Virus record (IMG/VR): IMGVR_UViG_3300047444_000069
Location: 128,001 to 168,527 of that record
Direction: 5' to 3' (one strand)
Length of the DNA stretch: 40,527 bases
From: a virus
Taxonomy: Duplodnaviria; Heunggongvirae; Uroviricota; Caudoviricetes
Made by a program: the position numbers and the translations under genes. Shown here piece by piece: positions 32,491 through 40,527 of the stretch (positions are counted from its first letter, which is position 1; every line of letters starts with the position of its first letter). Below the pieces are notes generated by a model, which worked only from the letters and a program-made list of their open reading frames with translations, did no database searches and was not told the origin of the DNA.

Positions 32491-33723
32491 ATGAATTTCC
32501 CGACCATCGAACGCATCGAAGACGTTCTCCCGCACATCGAAGGCAAGTCCGAGTTTGTCGTTGCCGAACGTGATGGCTTTGCCGTCATCAACTACATGGT
32601 TGCGTTCGATACGACATTCCCGGAACTACCCGAAGAACCAACAAAGATGGGCGTCACGATTCAGAACGAGTATGAACGTGAATGCGAACATGCGCTGATG
32701 CTGCGCGAATGTCGCGGTCTGATGTTTGATCGTGAAGGTAAGTTGATCAGCCGCCCGTTCAATAAGTTCTTTAACGTCAACGAGCGTCCGTCCACGCAAG
32801 CGAAGGACATCGACCTGACGCAAGGCGACTTCGTTCTGTTGGAAAAGTTGGACGGGTCGTTCATTCGTCCGGTGCGCATCGACGGTATCATCCGTCTTTG
32901 TACGAAGATGGGGATTACTGAGCAATCGCATCAGGCTGAAGACTTCCTCGAAGCACTGGAAGATGACGAACTGCACAACGATTACTTCCGCTTCTTCGAA
33001 GACTACGTGGATGACTTCACGCCGATCTTCGAATTTTGTTCGCGCAAGAATCAGATCGTCATCGACTACCCGGAAGACAAGTTGGTCCTGCTGGCAATGC
33101 GTCACAACCAGACCGGCAAGTACATTCGCTACAGCTTACTGAAGAAGATCGCGAAGGTGTTCAACATCCCGGTAGTTCAGCCGTTGTTTGAAGCTGACGA
33201 CTGCAACCAAGATTTCCCGGTTCGAATGGAAGACATCGTGGACCGCATCCGTCATCTGATCGGCGTCGAAGGTGGTGTGCTTCGCTTCAACGATGGCCGC
33301 GCGTACAAGATCAAGGCCGAAGACTACTGCGTGAAGCATGGCGCGAAAGATGGTCTGCTGCTTGAAAAGAACGTGCTGGCGACGTTCCTGAACGAGAAGC
33401 TTGACGATGTACTGCCGCTGCTGGACGAAGCCTTCAGGAACCGTGTGGACGAATATACGGAGACTGTTTCACAAGGCATCCATCTGACTGTCGTGGATAC
33501 CGAAATGGTCGTCCATTACATCAAGAAGCATTACGAGACGCGCAAGGAACAGGCGTTGTTCATCAAGGACAGCATCCGACCGTTTTCGCAATCGCTGATG
33601 TTCGCGGCCCTTGATGGTAAGGACATTCGCCAGACGGTGATCCAGAAGCTTCTCTCACATACGGACACACAGACGCGCGTCGATTCGATCCGCGAGTACA
33701 TCGGGAATCCATCATGGGCCTGA
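32491..33723 (+). CDS. rnlA: RNA ligase 1 (RnlA/gp63 family)
   Basis: ECRGLMF, SRPFNKFFN, EKLDGS, FEF...NQIV..Y, EG.V and KIK motifs. Confidence 0.9.
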   Translation: MNFPTIERIEDVLPHIEGKSEFVVAERDGFAVINYMVAFDTTFPELPEEPTKMGVTIQNEYERECEHALMLRECRGLMFDREGKLISRPFNKFFNVNERPSTQAKDIDLTQGDFVLLEKLDGSFIRPVRIDGIIRLCTKMGITEQSHQAEDFLEALEDDELHNDYFRFFEDYVDDFTPIFEFCSRKNQIVIDYPEDKLVLLAMRHNQTGKYIRYSLLKKIAKVFNIPVVQPLFEADDCNQDFPVRMEDIVDRIRHLIGVEGGVLRFNDGRAYKIKAEDYCVKHGAKDGLLLEKNVLATFLNEKLDDVLPLLDEAFRNRVDEYTETVSQGIHLTVVDTEMVVHYIKKHYETRKEQALFIKDSIRPFSQSLMFAALDGKDIRQTVIQKLLSHTDTQTRVDSIREYIGNPSWA

Positions 33724-34151
33724 TCTACCGCATCGAGAACGCGGAAGGAACGGGTCCATACCAAGGCATCACTGGTAATCGTGATCCGTTGCTTCCGATG
33801 TCATATAGCGACGAACATCCGTCGCCGGAAGACGATTCCAAGTTGGTGAGTAACGTTCGGAATTACATGCGCCGTCAAGATGATGAACGCCTTCCCGAAG
33901 AACGATCAGTCTGGACTTTCATCTATGGCGACTTCCTGTTTGGGTTTGATTCACAAGACCAACTTCGTCGTTGGGTCTACAACGACAAGTGGATGAAAGA
34001 CCTTGATGAAGCGGGCTATCACCTGACCGTGTTGGACATTCCCGACGACGAAATCATCTCTGGTTATACGCAAGCAATCTTCAAGCGTGATGCCGGTCGT
34101 CAGAAGTACCGTTGCAAACTGTGCGATTTCTTCGCAATCCCAACTGAGTAA
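33714..34151 (+). CDS. Hypothetical protein
   Basis: IYRIE...GPY...HPSP...FGF pattern. Confidence 0.65.
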   Translation: MGLIYRIENAEGTGPYQGITGNRDPLLPMSYSDEHPSPEDDSKLVSNVRNYMRRQDDERLPEERSVWTFIYGDFLFGFDSQDQLRRWVYNDKWMKDLDEAGYHLTVLDIPDDEIISGYTQAIFKRDAGRQKYRCKLCDFFAIPTE

Positions 34152-34154
34152 AAC

Positions 34155-34430
34155 ATGGCAAAAGCAGAACTGAAAGTAGAGCAAAAACAAGTCATCAGCT
34201 ACACCTATACCGACACGGTTCAACTGACCCTCGACACCGAAGAGGCACGGTTCCTTCGCGACCTGATGGGAATGGTTGGTGGTAGTCAGACCAACTCGCG
34301 GCGTCGTCACGCTGATGCGATTATCGACGCACTTTCGAACGCTGGCATCCATTCTAGCATCACGGACGAATGCATGAACCACGAAGACGTGCAAGGTCAG
34401 GCGTCAATCTACTTCAAGGACACCAAGTGA
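34155..34430 (+). CDS. Hypothetical protein
   Basis: Tightly packed ORF. Confidence 0.6.
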   Translation: MAKAELKVEQKQVISYTYTDTVQLTLDTEEARFLRDLMGMVGGSQTNSRRRHADAIIDALSNAGIHSSITDECMNHEDVQGQASIYFKDTK

Positions 34431-34915
34431 AAGAACTGATTATGCTGGCCGGGATGCCCGGTTGCGGTAAGTCCACGTATCGCGTGCCGTATGGCTTTGA
34501 TGTCATCTCGTCGGACATCTACGTCGAAGCCTGTGCTGAAGCGTGTGGCGTCACCTACAACGAAATCTTCTCGGATGTCGTCGGTCAAGCACAAGAGAAC
34601 GCTGACGCCCACATGAAGTCGATGGTTGAATGTGGCGTCAAGACGATCATCTGGGACCAGACGAACCTGACGACGAAGACCCGCAAGAAGAAGCTTGCGC
34701 AGTTCAATGAAGCGGGCGGCAAGGACTACCGCAAGATTTGCCTGTTCTTTGAACCGGACTGGCAACTGACGATGGAACGCAACGAAGCACGTAAGGCGTT
34801 CGGTCGTTCGATCCCGCAACACGTTCTGGAAAACATGTTCAGTACTTACCAGACGCCGAAGAAGGCCGAAGGTTTTTCATACGTCTTTCACGTTCCTGTC
34901 GATTCGCAAGTCTAG
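34427..34915 (+). CDS. Polynucleotide kinase-like P-loop protein (AAA_33; PseT kinase domain only)
   Basis: GMPGCGKST, ISSD, IIWDQTNL and RNEAR...IP motifs; GTGA coupling. Confidence 0.75.
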   Translation: MKELIMLAGMPGCGKSTYRVPYGFDVISSDIYVEACAEACGVTYNEIFSDVVGQAQENADAHMKSMVECGVKTIIWDQTNLTTKTRKKKLAQFNEAGGKDYRKICLFFEPDWQLTMERNEARKAFGRSIPQHVLENMFSTYQTPKKAEGFSYVFHVPVDSQV

Positions 34916-34932
34916 TAACAAAGTTGGGAATG

Positions 34933-34941
34933 TGCTATAAT
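34933..34941 (+). promoter_or_regulatory. Extended -10 promoter for gene 43
   Basis: TGC-TATAAT preceded by AAAGTTGGGAA; -35 is poor. Confidence 0.55.
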
Positions 34942-34967
34942 GGCATCTCAACAAACATGGGAGTACC

Positions 34968-37466
34968 GTGAAGTTTTACCTCAACAGTAAGCAGTACGGC
35001 AACAACGTACTGGTGAGGGGTATCGAAAATGGGGAACGCTTCATCGAGAAGTTCCCCTTCCAACCGACCCTTTATTCGCGCGTCAACCGGGAAACCGGCT
35101 TCAAGTCCCTCGAAGGCGAACATCTTCTCCCGAAGGTCTTTGACGACATCAACGGTGCGCGAGACTTTGTAAAGAAGTATCGAGACGTTGACAACTTCCC
35201 GATCTTCGGCAATACCGCATTTCAGTTTCAATGGATCGCGGACAACTATAAGGGCGAAATTGAGTACGATCTGGACCAGATCAAGGTCATGTCGATAGAC
35301 ATCGAAACGACCGTGAATTATGGCTTCCCGGACTACTTTGACCCCAAAGAAGAAATCACCCTGATCACCTGCCGTGACAAGGTGACGAAGGCCATCACGA
35401 CTTTTGGTTGTTGGGAATACACGCCCAAGAAGAAGGGCGCTACCTACGTCCAGTGTCGTGACGAAGTGGACCTGTTGTGTAAGTTCATCAACTGGTTCAA
35501 CCGTGACCATCCAGACATCATCACTGGCTGGAACACAGACGGCTTCGATATTCCGTATCTCGTCTGTCGATGCCGCAAGGTCGTGGGCGAAGAAATAACG
35601 AAGAAGCTGTCACCGTTCGGCATCATCAAGCATCGTGATGTCGAAGTGATGGGAAAGATGATTCAGGAATATGACATCTACGGCATCGCCTCGCTGGACT
35701 ATCTGGCGCTGTTCCGTAAGTTCGCTTTCCTGAAGTTCGAGAACGAGAAGTTAGACACTGTGGCCTATGAAGTTCTGGGTCGCAACAAGGTCGAGAACCC
35801 CTATAGTTCGTTCAAAGAGTTTTACCAGAAAGACCCCGAACTATTCACCGACTACAACATCGTTGACGTTGAACTTGTAGACGAACTAGAAGGTGAACTG
35901 AAGTTGATTGAGCTTGCGATTTCCATCGCGTACATGGCAAAGATCAACTTCGATGATGTGTACAGTCCAGTGAAGATGTGGGACACCATCATCTACAATC
36001 ACTTGCTCGATCAAGGCATTGTCGTTCCGTTCAAGCAAGACACGTTCGAGAAGTCGATTGAAGGCGCATTCGTGAAGGATGTGCAGGTTGGTAAGCACGG
36101 CTGGCTGGCATCGTTCGACTTGGCAAGCTTGTATCCGCACATCATCATGGCGCTGAACATGTCGCCCGAGACGATTGTGAATCGGATGATCGATGTCAGT
36201 GTCGAAGAACTGCTTGGTGGTGATCGCAGCAAGGTTCTGCCGGGTTACTCACTGGCCCCGAACGGTTCGATGTACGACATGTCGAAGACTGGTTTCCTTC
36301 CGGTCCTGATGTCCAAGTACTACAACGGACGCAAGGAAGTGAAGGACGAGATGCTTGACCTGAAGAAGCAACTTGAAGCCAACCGCCACAGCATGACGGC
36401 GGAAGAAATTCGCAAGATGGAAGCGAAGATCACGGCAAAGAAGAACATGCAGCAAGCCTTGAAGATCGCGATCAACTCGGCCTATGGCGCACTTGCACAG
36501 AAGTCCTTCCGATTCTTTGACACGCGCATCGCTGAAGGTATCACGATGTCTGGACAGTTGATCATCCGCACAGCAGAGAAGACGATCAACAGCTTCATGA
36601 ACAATATGCTGAAGCCCGAGAAGCCGGTCGATTATGTGATCGCGTCAGATACGGATTCGCTGTATGTGGCCCTGTCACAGTTTGTGAACGCAGTAGCGCC
36701 CGGCAAGACACAGGACGAGACGGTTGAGTTCTTGTGTAAGGTCTGTGACGGCAAGCTGTCGAATATTCTGAACGATGGTTGTGACGATCTGGCAACAACG
36801 ATGAACTGGAACCTTGGCAAGATCGTCTTCAAACGTGAAGCCATCGCATCAACGGGTATCTGGGTCGGTAAGAAGATGTATGCGTTGATCGTGCATGACA
36901 ACGAACGCGTCCGCTACGAGAAACCTGACCTGAAGGTGATGGGTCTGGCACTGGTCCGGTCATCGACACCGAACATCGTGAAGGAACCGCTTCGTAAGTG
37001 CATCGAAGTAATTCTGACGGGTGACGAAGGTACGTTGCAACAGTACGTTCAAGAAGTCGAAGCGATGTACATGAAGCAACCGCATGATGTCATTGCGTTC
37101 CCGCGTGGCGTCAACAACTTGGCTAAGTATCGTTCCAACAGCACGATCTACGTCAAGGCGCATTGCCCGATTCAAGTCCGTTCATCGCTGCTGTACAACC
37201 ATCTGTTGAAGGAAAACGGTATGGCGGATCGTGAACCGATCCAAGAAGGCGGCAAGATGAAATTTGTGTATCTCAAGGAACCGAACACCCTGCATGAGAA
37301 CGTCATTGGCTTTACTGACAAAATCCCGACAGAGTTCAACCTGATCCGATACGTGGACTATCAGACGATGTTCGACAAGTCATTCATCGAACCGCTGAAG
37401 AAGCTGACGCAACCTATCGGCTGGTCCCATAAAGAAGTAGCAACCCTCGAAGGTCTGTTCGAATGA
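34968..37466 (+). CDS. 43: Family B DNA polymerase gp43
   Basis: DIET, GWN..FDIPY, YNIVD, FDLASLYP, KIAINSAYG and DTDS motifs; uninterrupted. Confidence 0.97.
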   Translation: MKFYLNSKQYGNNVLVRGIENGERFIEKFPFQPTLYSRVNRETGFKSLEGEHLLPKVFDDINGARDFVKKYRDVDNFPIFGNTAFQFQWIADNYKGEIEYDLDQIKVMSIDIETTVNYGFPDYFDPKEEITLITCRDKVTKAITTFGCWEYTPKKKGATYVQCRDEVDLLCKFINWFNRDHPDIITGWNTDGFDIPYLVCRCRKVVGEEITKKLSPFGIIKHRDVEVMGKMIQEYDIYGIASLDYLALFRKFAFLKFENEKLDTVAYEVLGRNKVENPYSSFKEFYQKDPELFTDYNIVDVELVDELEGELKLIELAISIAYMAKINFDDVYSPVKMWDTIIYNHLLDQGIVVPFKQDTFEKSIEGAFVKDVQVGKHGWLASFDLASLYPHIIMALNMSPETIVNRMIDVSVEELLGGDRSKVLPGYSLAPNGSMYDMSKTGFLPVLMSKYYNGRKEVKDEMLDLKKQLEANRHSMTAEEIRKMEAKITAKKNMQQALKIAINSAYGALAQKSFRFFDTRIAEGITMSGQLIIRTAEKTINSFMNNMLKPEKPVDYVIASDTDSLYVALSQFVNAVAPGKTQDETVEFLCKVCDGKLSNILNDGCDDLATTMNWNLGKIVFKREAIASTGIWVGKKMYALIVHDNERVRYEKPDLKVMGLALVRSSTPNIVKEPLRKCIEVILTGDEGTLQQYVQEVEAMYMKQPHDVIAFPRGVNNLAKYRSNSTIYVKAHCPIQVRSSLLYNHLLKENGMADREPIQEGGKMKFVYLKEPNTLHENVIGFTDKIPTEFNLIRYVDYQTMFDKSFIEPLKKLTQPIGWSHKEVATLEGLFE

Positions 37467-37897
37467 GCGAAGGAACCCCAATCGAAGAAGTTTTGGAAGG
37501 GGTTTCGTCCCTTCCAAACGCGACGTACAAGTTTGACAACTACGCGCGGTTGGACGTGAAGAAGGTCGTGATCTACGGCACTCGAATCCTCGATACCGGT
37601 GACATGAAGCTTCACTATCGTCCAACCTTGTGTTTGTTCATGAACGACATTGGCGATCCGCCAGAAACGTTGTGCCTTCACTGCAACGAGACGTATAACG
37701 ACGCAGAGACGATGGCGCAGATGTCCGTTGCATGGGCCACGTTGATGTTCAGTGATGTATCTTTCAAGGTCAGTATCTTTGACTACGAGACGGACGAGCG
37801 CATCGCCCACTTGGATGTACGCGAGATGCAGCGCATCGCTGTTGCAACCAACGAACTAAAAGAAATCCACCGCACCAACATAATGAGGATACATTGA
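37463..37897 (+). CDS. Hypothetical protein
   Basis: ATGA coupling to gene 43. Confidence 0.6.
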   Translation: MSEGTPIEEVLEGVSSLPNATYKFDNYARLDVKKVVIYGTRILDTGDMKLHYRPTLCLFMNDIGDPPETLCLHCNETYNDAETMAQMSVAWATLMFSDVSFKVSIFDYETDERIAHLDVREMQRIAVATNELKEIHRTNIMRIH

Positions 37898-38139
37898 CCC
37901 TTCTTTCTCTCTACCTGACTTCGGTCATCATCTCGTTCGTCTTGATGGTCCTGATGAACAAACTGCATGACGGATACATCACCCTGTCTGACCTGTCGAT
38001 GGACGTGATCTGGTCGCTGGTTCCGTTATTCAACGCGTGTCTGGTCGTCGTGATGTTCGGCTTCCTTCTGCGCAAGACCGGCACTGCATCGCGCGTATCC
38101 GATTGGTGGGACCGCGTTAGCCAAAAGAAGGTGTTCTGA
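37894..38139 (+). CDS. Hypothetical membrane protein
   Basis: Hydrophobic helices; SLVPLFN motif. Confidence 0.55.
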   Translation: MTLLSLYLTSVIISFVLMVLMNKLHDGYITLSDLSMDVIWSLVPLFNACLVVVMFGFLLRKTGTASRVSDWWDRVSQKKVF

Positions 38140-38351
38140 TGGAACTGTACTTTCTCTGTTGCATTCCGATCTGGATTTTCTTGGTGATCGGCACGGCCAT
38201 CGTGGATAAGTCCCTTTCCATCGGTGAAGTGTTTGGCTTCGCTGCCGTGGCAATCATCCCGGCACTCAACATCATCGCCGCATTCTACTTGTTCGTGCAT
38301 GTAATGATTTCGGACCCGGTGAAGCGATTCTTCAGTCATAGGCTTATCTGA
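38139..38351 (+). CDS. Hypothetical membrane protein
   Basis: Hydrophobic helices; AIIPALN motif. Confidence 0.6.
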   Translation: MELYFLCCIPIWIFLVIGTAIVDKSLSIGEVFGFAAVAIIPALNIIAAFYLFVHVMISDPVKRFFSHRLI

Positions 38352-38935
38352 TGCTCAAAAATCTTGGCGACTTCATCATGATCGTGGATGATGTCCTCGA
38401 TCAAACCATCTGCGACGATCTGATCGCGGAATTTGAGAAGGAACAGACCGGCTTCTGGAAGAAGGATTCCAGTTTCGATTGGGGTACTGACTATCGCAGC
38501 TTCGTGGAATTGAACGTGATGAACCACTGCGACTTCAGCAAGTTCATCCGTCCGCTTCGCGAAGCGCAACAAAAGTTGTACGACTTCTACAAAGAGGCGA
38601 CTGGTTCGGAATTCCTGCTTCCCTATCACCTGTGCGGCATCGAAGGCATCCGCATGAAGAAGTACGAAGCGAACGACAACGATCAGTTTGGATGGCACGC
38701 AGACGTAGGAGACGCCGCTTCTAGCCGCCGTCAGCTTGCGATGTTCACCTACCTCAACGATGTCGAAGAAGGCGGTGAGACGGTCTTCCGTGGCATCGCT
38801 GGTGGTGATGCTATAATCAAACCCAAACGTGGTCGTACTGTCGTCTTCCCGCCGACCTTCATGTTCCCACACAAGGGCATGAAGCCTGTATCTGGCCCCA
38901 AATATCTTTGTTCTCAATATATCCACTACGTGTGA
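38351..38935 (+). CDS. 2OG-Fe(II) oxygenase (prolyl-4-hydroxylase-like)
   Basis: WHAD (HxD), YLNDVEEGGETVF, FP...PH.G.P and K.Y motifs. Confidence 0.9.
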   Translation: MLKNLGDFIMIVDDVLDQTICDDLIAEFEKEQTGFWKKDSSFDWGTDYRSFVELNVMNHCDFSKFIRPLREAQQKLYDFYKEATGSEFLLPYHLCGIEGIRMKKYEANDNDQFGWHADVGDAASSRRQLAMFTYLNDVEEGGETVFRGIAGGDAIIKPKRGRTVVFPPTFMFPHKGMKPVSGPKYLCSQYIHYV

Positions 38936-38960
38936 CAAGTTTGGGAATGTGTGCTATAAT
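38932..38960 (+). promoter_or_regulatory. sigma70-type promoter upstream of the uvsX unit
   Basis: GTGACA-17 nt (AGTTTGGGAA...TGC)-TATAAT. Confidence 0.65.
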
Positions 38961-38990
38961 GCTGTTCCGTTCCTGAGAAAAACCTACACC

Positions 38991-39305
38991 ATGACCAACG
39001 ATATGATCAACGCCGCGTTCGAAGTTACCGGCGCACTCTTTGTCCTCAACAATTGTTGGACGTTGTACCGGGACAAGTTGGTTCGTGGTGTCTCCCTGCT
39101 GACGACGATGTACTTCACGTCATGGGGGATTTGGAACGTGTATTTTTACCCCGCCCTTGGTCAACGCTGGTCGTGGATCGCGGGCATGTGCATCTGCACG
39201 GCGAATATATTATGGATTTTCCTGATGCTATATTACAAACGTAAAGAAAAGATTCGTACACCAAATGAGTTTGTTGCAACGACTGGCAGCGCAATCGACG
39301 GTTAA
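38991..39305 (+). CDS. Three-helix membrane protein (PQ-loop/SemiSWEET-like)
   Basis: Three TM segments with the loop LYRDK.VRGVS. Confidence 0.5.
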   Translation: MTNDMINAAFEVTGALFVLNNCWTLYRDKLVRGVSLLTTMYFTSWGIWNVYFYPALGQRWSWIAGMCICTANILWIFLMLYYKRKEKIRTPNEFVATTGSAIDG

Positions 39306-40365
39306 AGACGCTGCTGTACTGGCTGATTCCAAGATGTACAACACGAAGGACATGATTAGCACGCCAGTACCGGCGTTCAATGTGGCCTTCAGCGGTAAGT
39401 TGAATGGTGGTTTTACACCCGGCGTGACCCTGATTGCTGGTCCCTCGCGTCACTTCAAGACCGGCTTCGTGCTCCTGATGATCAAGGCGTATCTGGACAA
39501 GTATCCTGAAGGCGTCGTGATCTTCTACGACAGCGAATTCGGTACACCACAGTCCTACTTCGACGCATTCGGTATCGACACATCGCGCATCCTTCACGTT
39601 CCGATTTCTGATATGGAAATGCTGAAGTTCGACGTGATGAATTACTTCGATCCGAAGAACAAAGAAGGCATCAAGCGTGGCGACAAGGTTCTGATCGCTA
39701 TCGACTCACTTGGCAACTTGGCATCGCGCAAGGAAGTAGAAGACGCTACGAACGAAAAGTCCGTGGCCGACATGACGCGTGCGAAGCAGATGAAGTCGAT
39801 CTTCCGCATGATCACGCCGCACCTTCGCATGAAGGACATCCCTCTGGTCGGTATTCAGCACACGTACCAGACGCAAGAGATGTATTCGAAGACTGTGGTT
39901 TCTGGCGGCACTGGCGGCATCTATTCGGCTGACACGATCTTCATCATCGGTCGCCAACAAGACGCTGAAGGTGAGGGCGCTAAGAAGGTTCTGAACGGTT
40001 ACGACTTCATCATCAACGTCGAGAAATCGCGCTACGTAAAAGAGAAGTCGAAGATTCCGGTCACGATCAGTTTCACCGGCGGTATGTCCAAGTGGTCGGG
40101 TCTGTTTGATTGGGCGATTGAAGGCAAGTTCATTGCCGCGACCGGTAAGAAGTATGCAAAGGTTGATCAGGAAACTGGTGAACTGGCTGAAGAAAAGTTC
40201 ACCAAGAAGGAACTGAACAACAGCACCTTCTGGTTGCCGATCATGACGGACAAGAAGTTCCAAGAGTTCATCGAGTCGAAGTACAAGCTGACTGAAGCGA
40301 AGATGTTGACTGATGACGAAATCGCGGACATCTATGATGACCTCGAAGAAGAAGTAGAGGAATAA
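39265..40365 (+). CDS. uvsX: RecA-like recombinase UvsX
   Basis: AGPSRHFKT, FYDSEFG, IDSLGNLAS, DMTRAK, SGGTG and KSRYVKEK motifs. Confidence 0.95.
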   Translation: MSLLQRLAAQSTVKDAAVLADSKMYNTKDMISTPVPAFNVAFSGKLNGGFTPGVTLIAGPSRHFKTGFVLLMIKAYLDKYPEGVVIFYDSEFGTPQSYFDAFGIDTSRILHVPISDMEMLKFDVMNYFDPKNKEGIKRGDKVLIAIDSLGNLASRKEVEDATNEKSVADMTRAKQMKSIFRMITPHLRMKDIPLVGIQHTYQTQEMYSKTVVSGGTGGIYSADTIFIIGRQQDAEGEGAKKVLNGYDFIINVEKSRYVKEKSKIPVTISFTGGMSKWSGLFDWAIEGKFIAATGKKYAKVDQETGELAEEKFTKKELNNSTFWLPIMTDKKFQEFIESKYKLTEAKMLTDDEIADIYDDLEEEVEE

Positions 40366-40368
40366 AGC

Positions 40369-40527
40369 ATGGCGCACCCGCAATATGACCTGATCGAAAT
40401 CGACGGGGAAGAAAGCTGGTGCATCAAGATCAAATCCGGTGAATACGCGGGCGTGGTTTATAAGTACAACTACGTTCGCGTCATCGAACCGAATGATCCT
40501 GATGGCTACGCCGTTCTGAAGTTTGAT
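40369..40527 (+). CDS. Conserved T4-like protein after uvsX (gp40-like position), truncated by the window end
   Basis: GAGG RBS; IKIKSGEYAGVVYKY..V...LKFD; synteny only. Confidence 0.5.
   Translation, partial: MAHPQYDLIEIDGEESWCIKIKSGEYAGVVYKYNYVRVIEPNDPDGYAVLKFD

Noticed and set aside
34968-37466. Intron, intein or split in the DNA polymerase
   Set aside because: A single 832-aa ORF with normally spaced exonuclease and polymerase motifs.
1-40527. Stop-codon reassignment
   Set aside because: Core genes are full length in the standard code, all three stops terminate genes, and no suppressor tRNA is seen.

Overview
This window is a segment of a large T4-like (Tevenvirinae-related) myophage genome. 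It carries the conserved replication/recombination/late-transcription block: uvsW, gp55 late sigma, gp47/gp46, gp45, gp44/gp62, regA, dda, gp43 DNA polymerase and uvsX. An accessory region of about 19.8 kb separates regA from gp43. It contains a GIY-YIG and an HNH homing endonuclease; a tRNA cluster (Thr, Ser, Asn, Phe, an atypical initiator Met, a degenerate tRNA); several ORF-free, strongly base-paired segments that look like unannotated ncRNAs, three of them ending in ACCA; a glycosyltransferase and a glycoside-hydrolase-like gene; an Acb2 anti-CBASS protein; a plasmid-type ParA plus RHH (type Ib-like) partition cassette on the opposite strand; many small early genes behind near-consensus sigma70 promoters sharing a CCCAA/TTGGG spacer box; and two RNA ligases plus a polynucleotide-kinase domain. 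The left end has an ADP-ribosyltransferase converging on an ADP-ribosylglycohydrolase, and a candidate promoter-driven hairpin origin lies between uvsW and gene 55. All calls come from motif recognition and base-pairing by eye; no database searches or folding programs were run.
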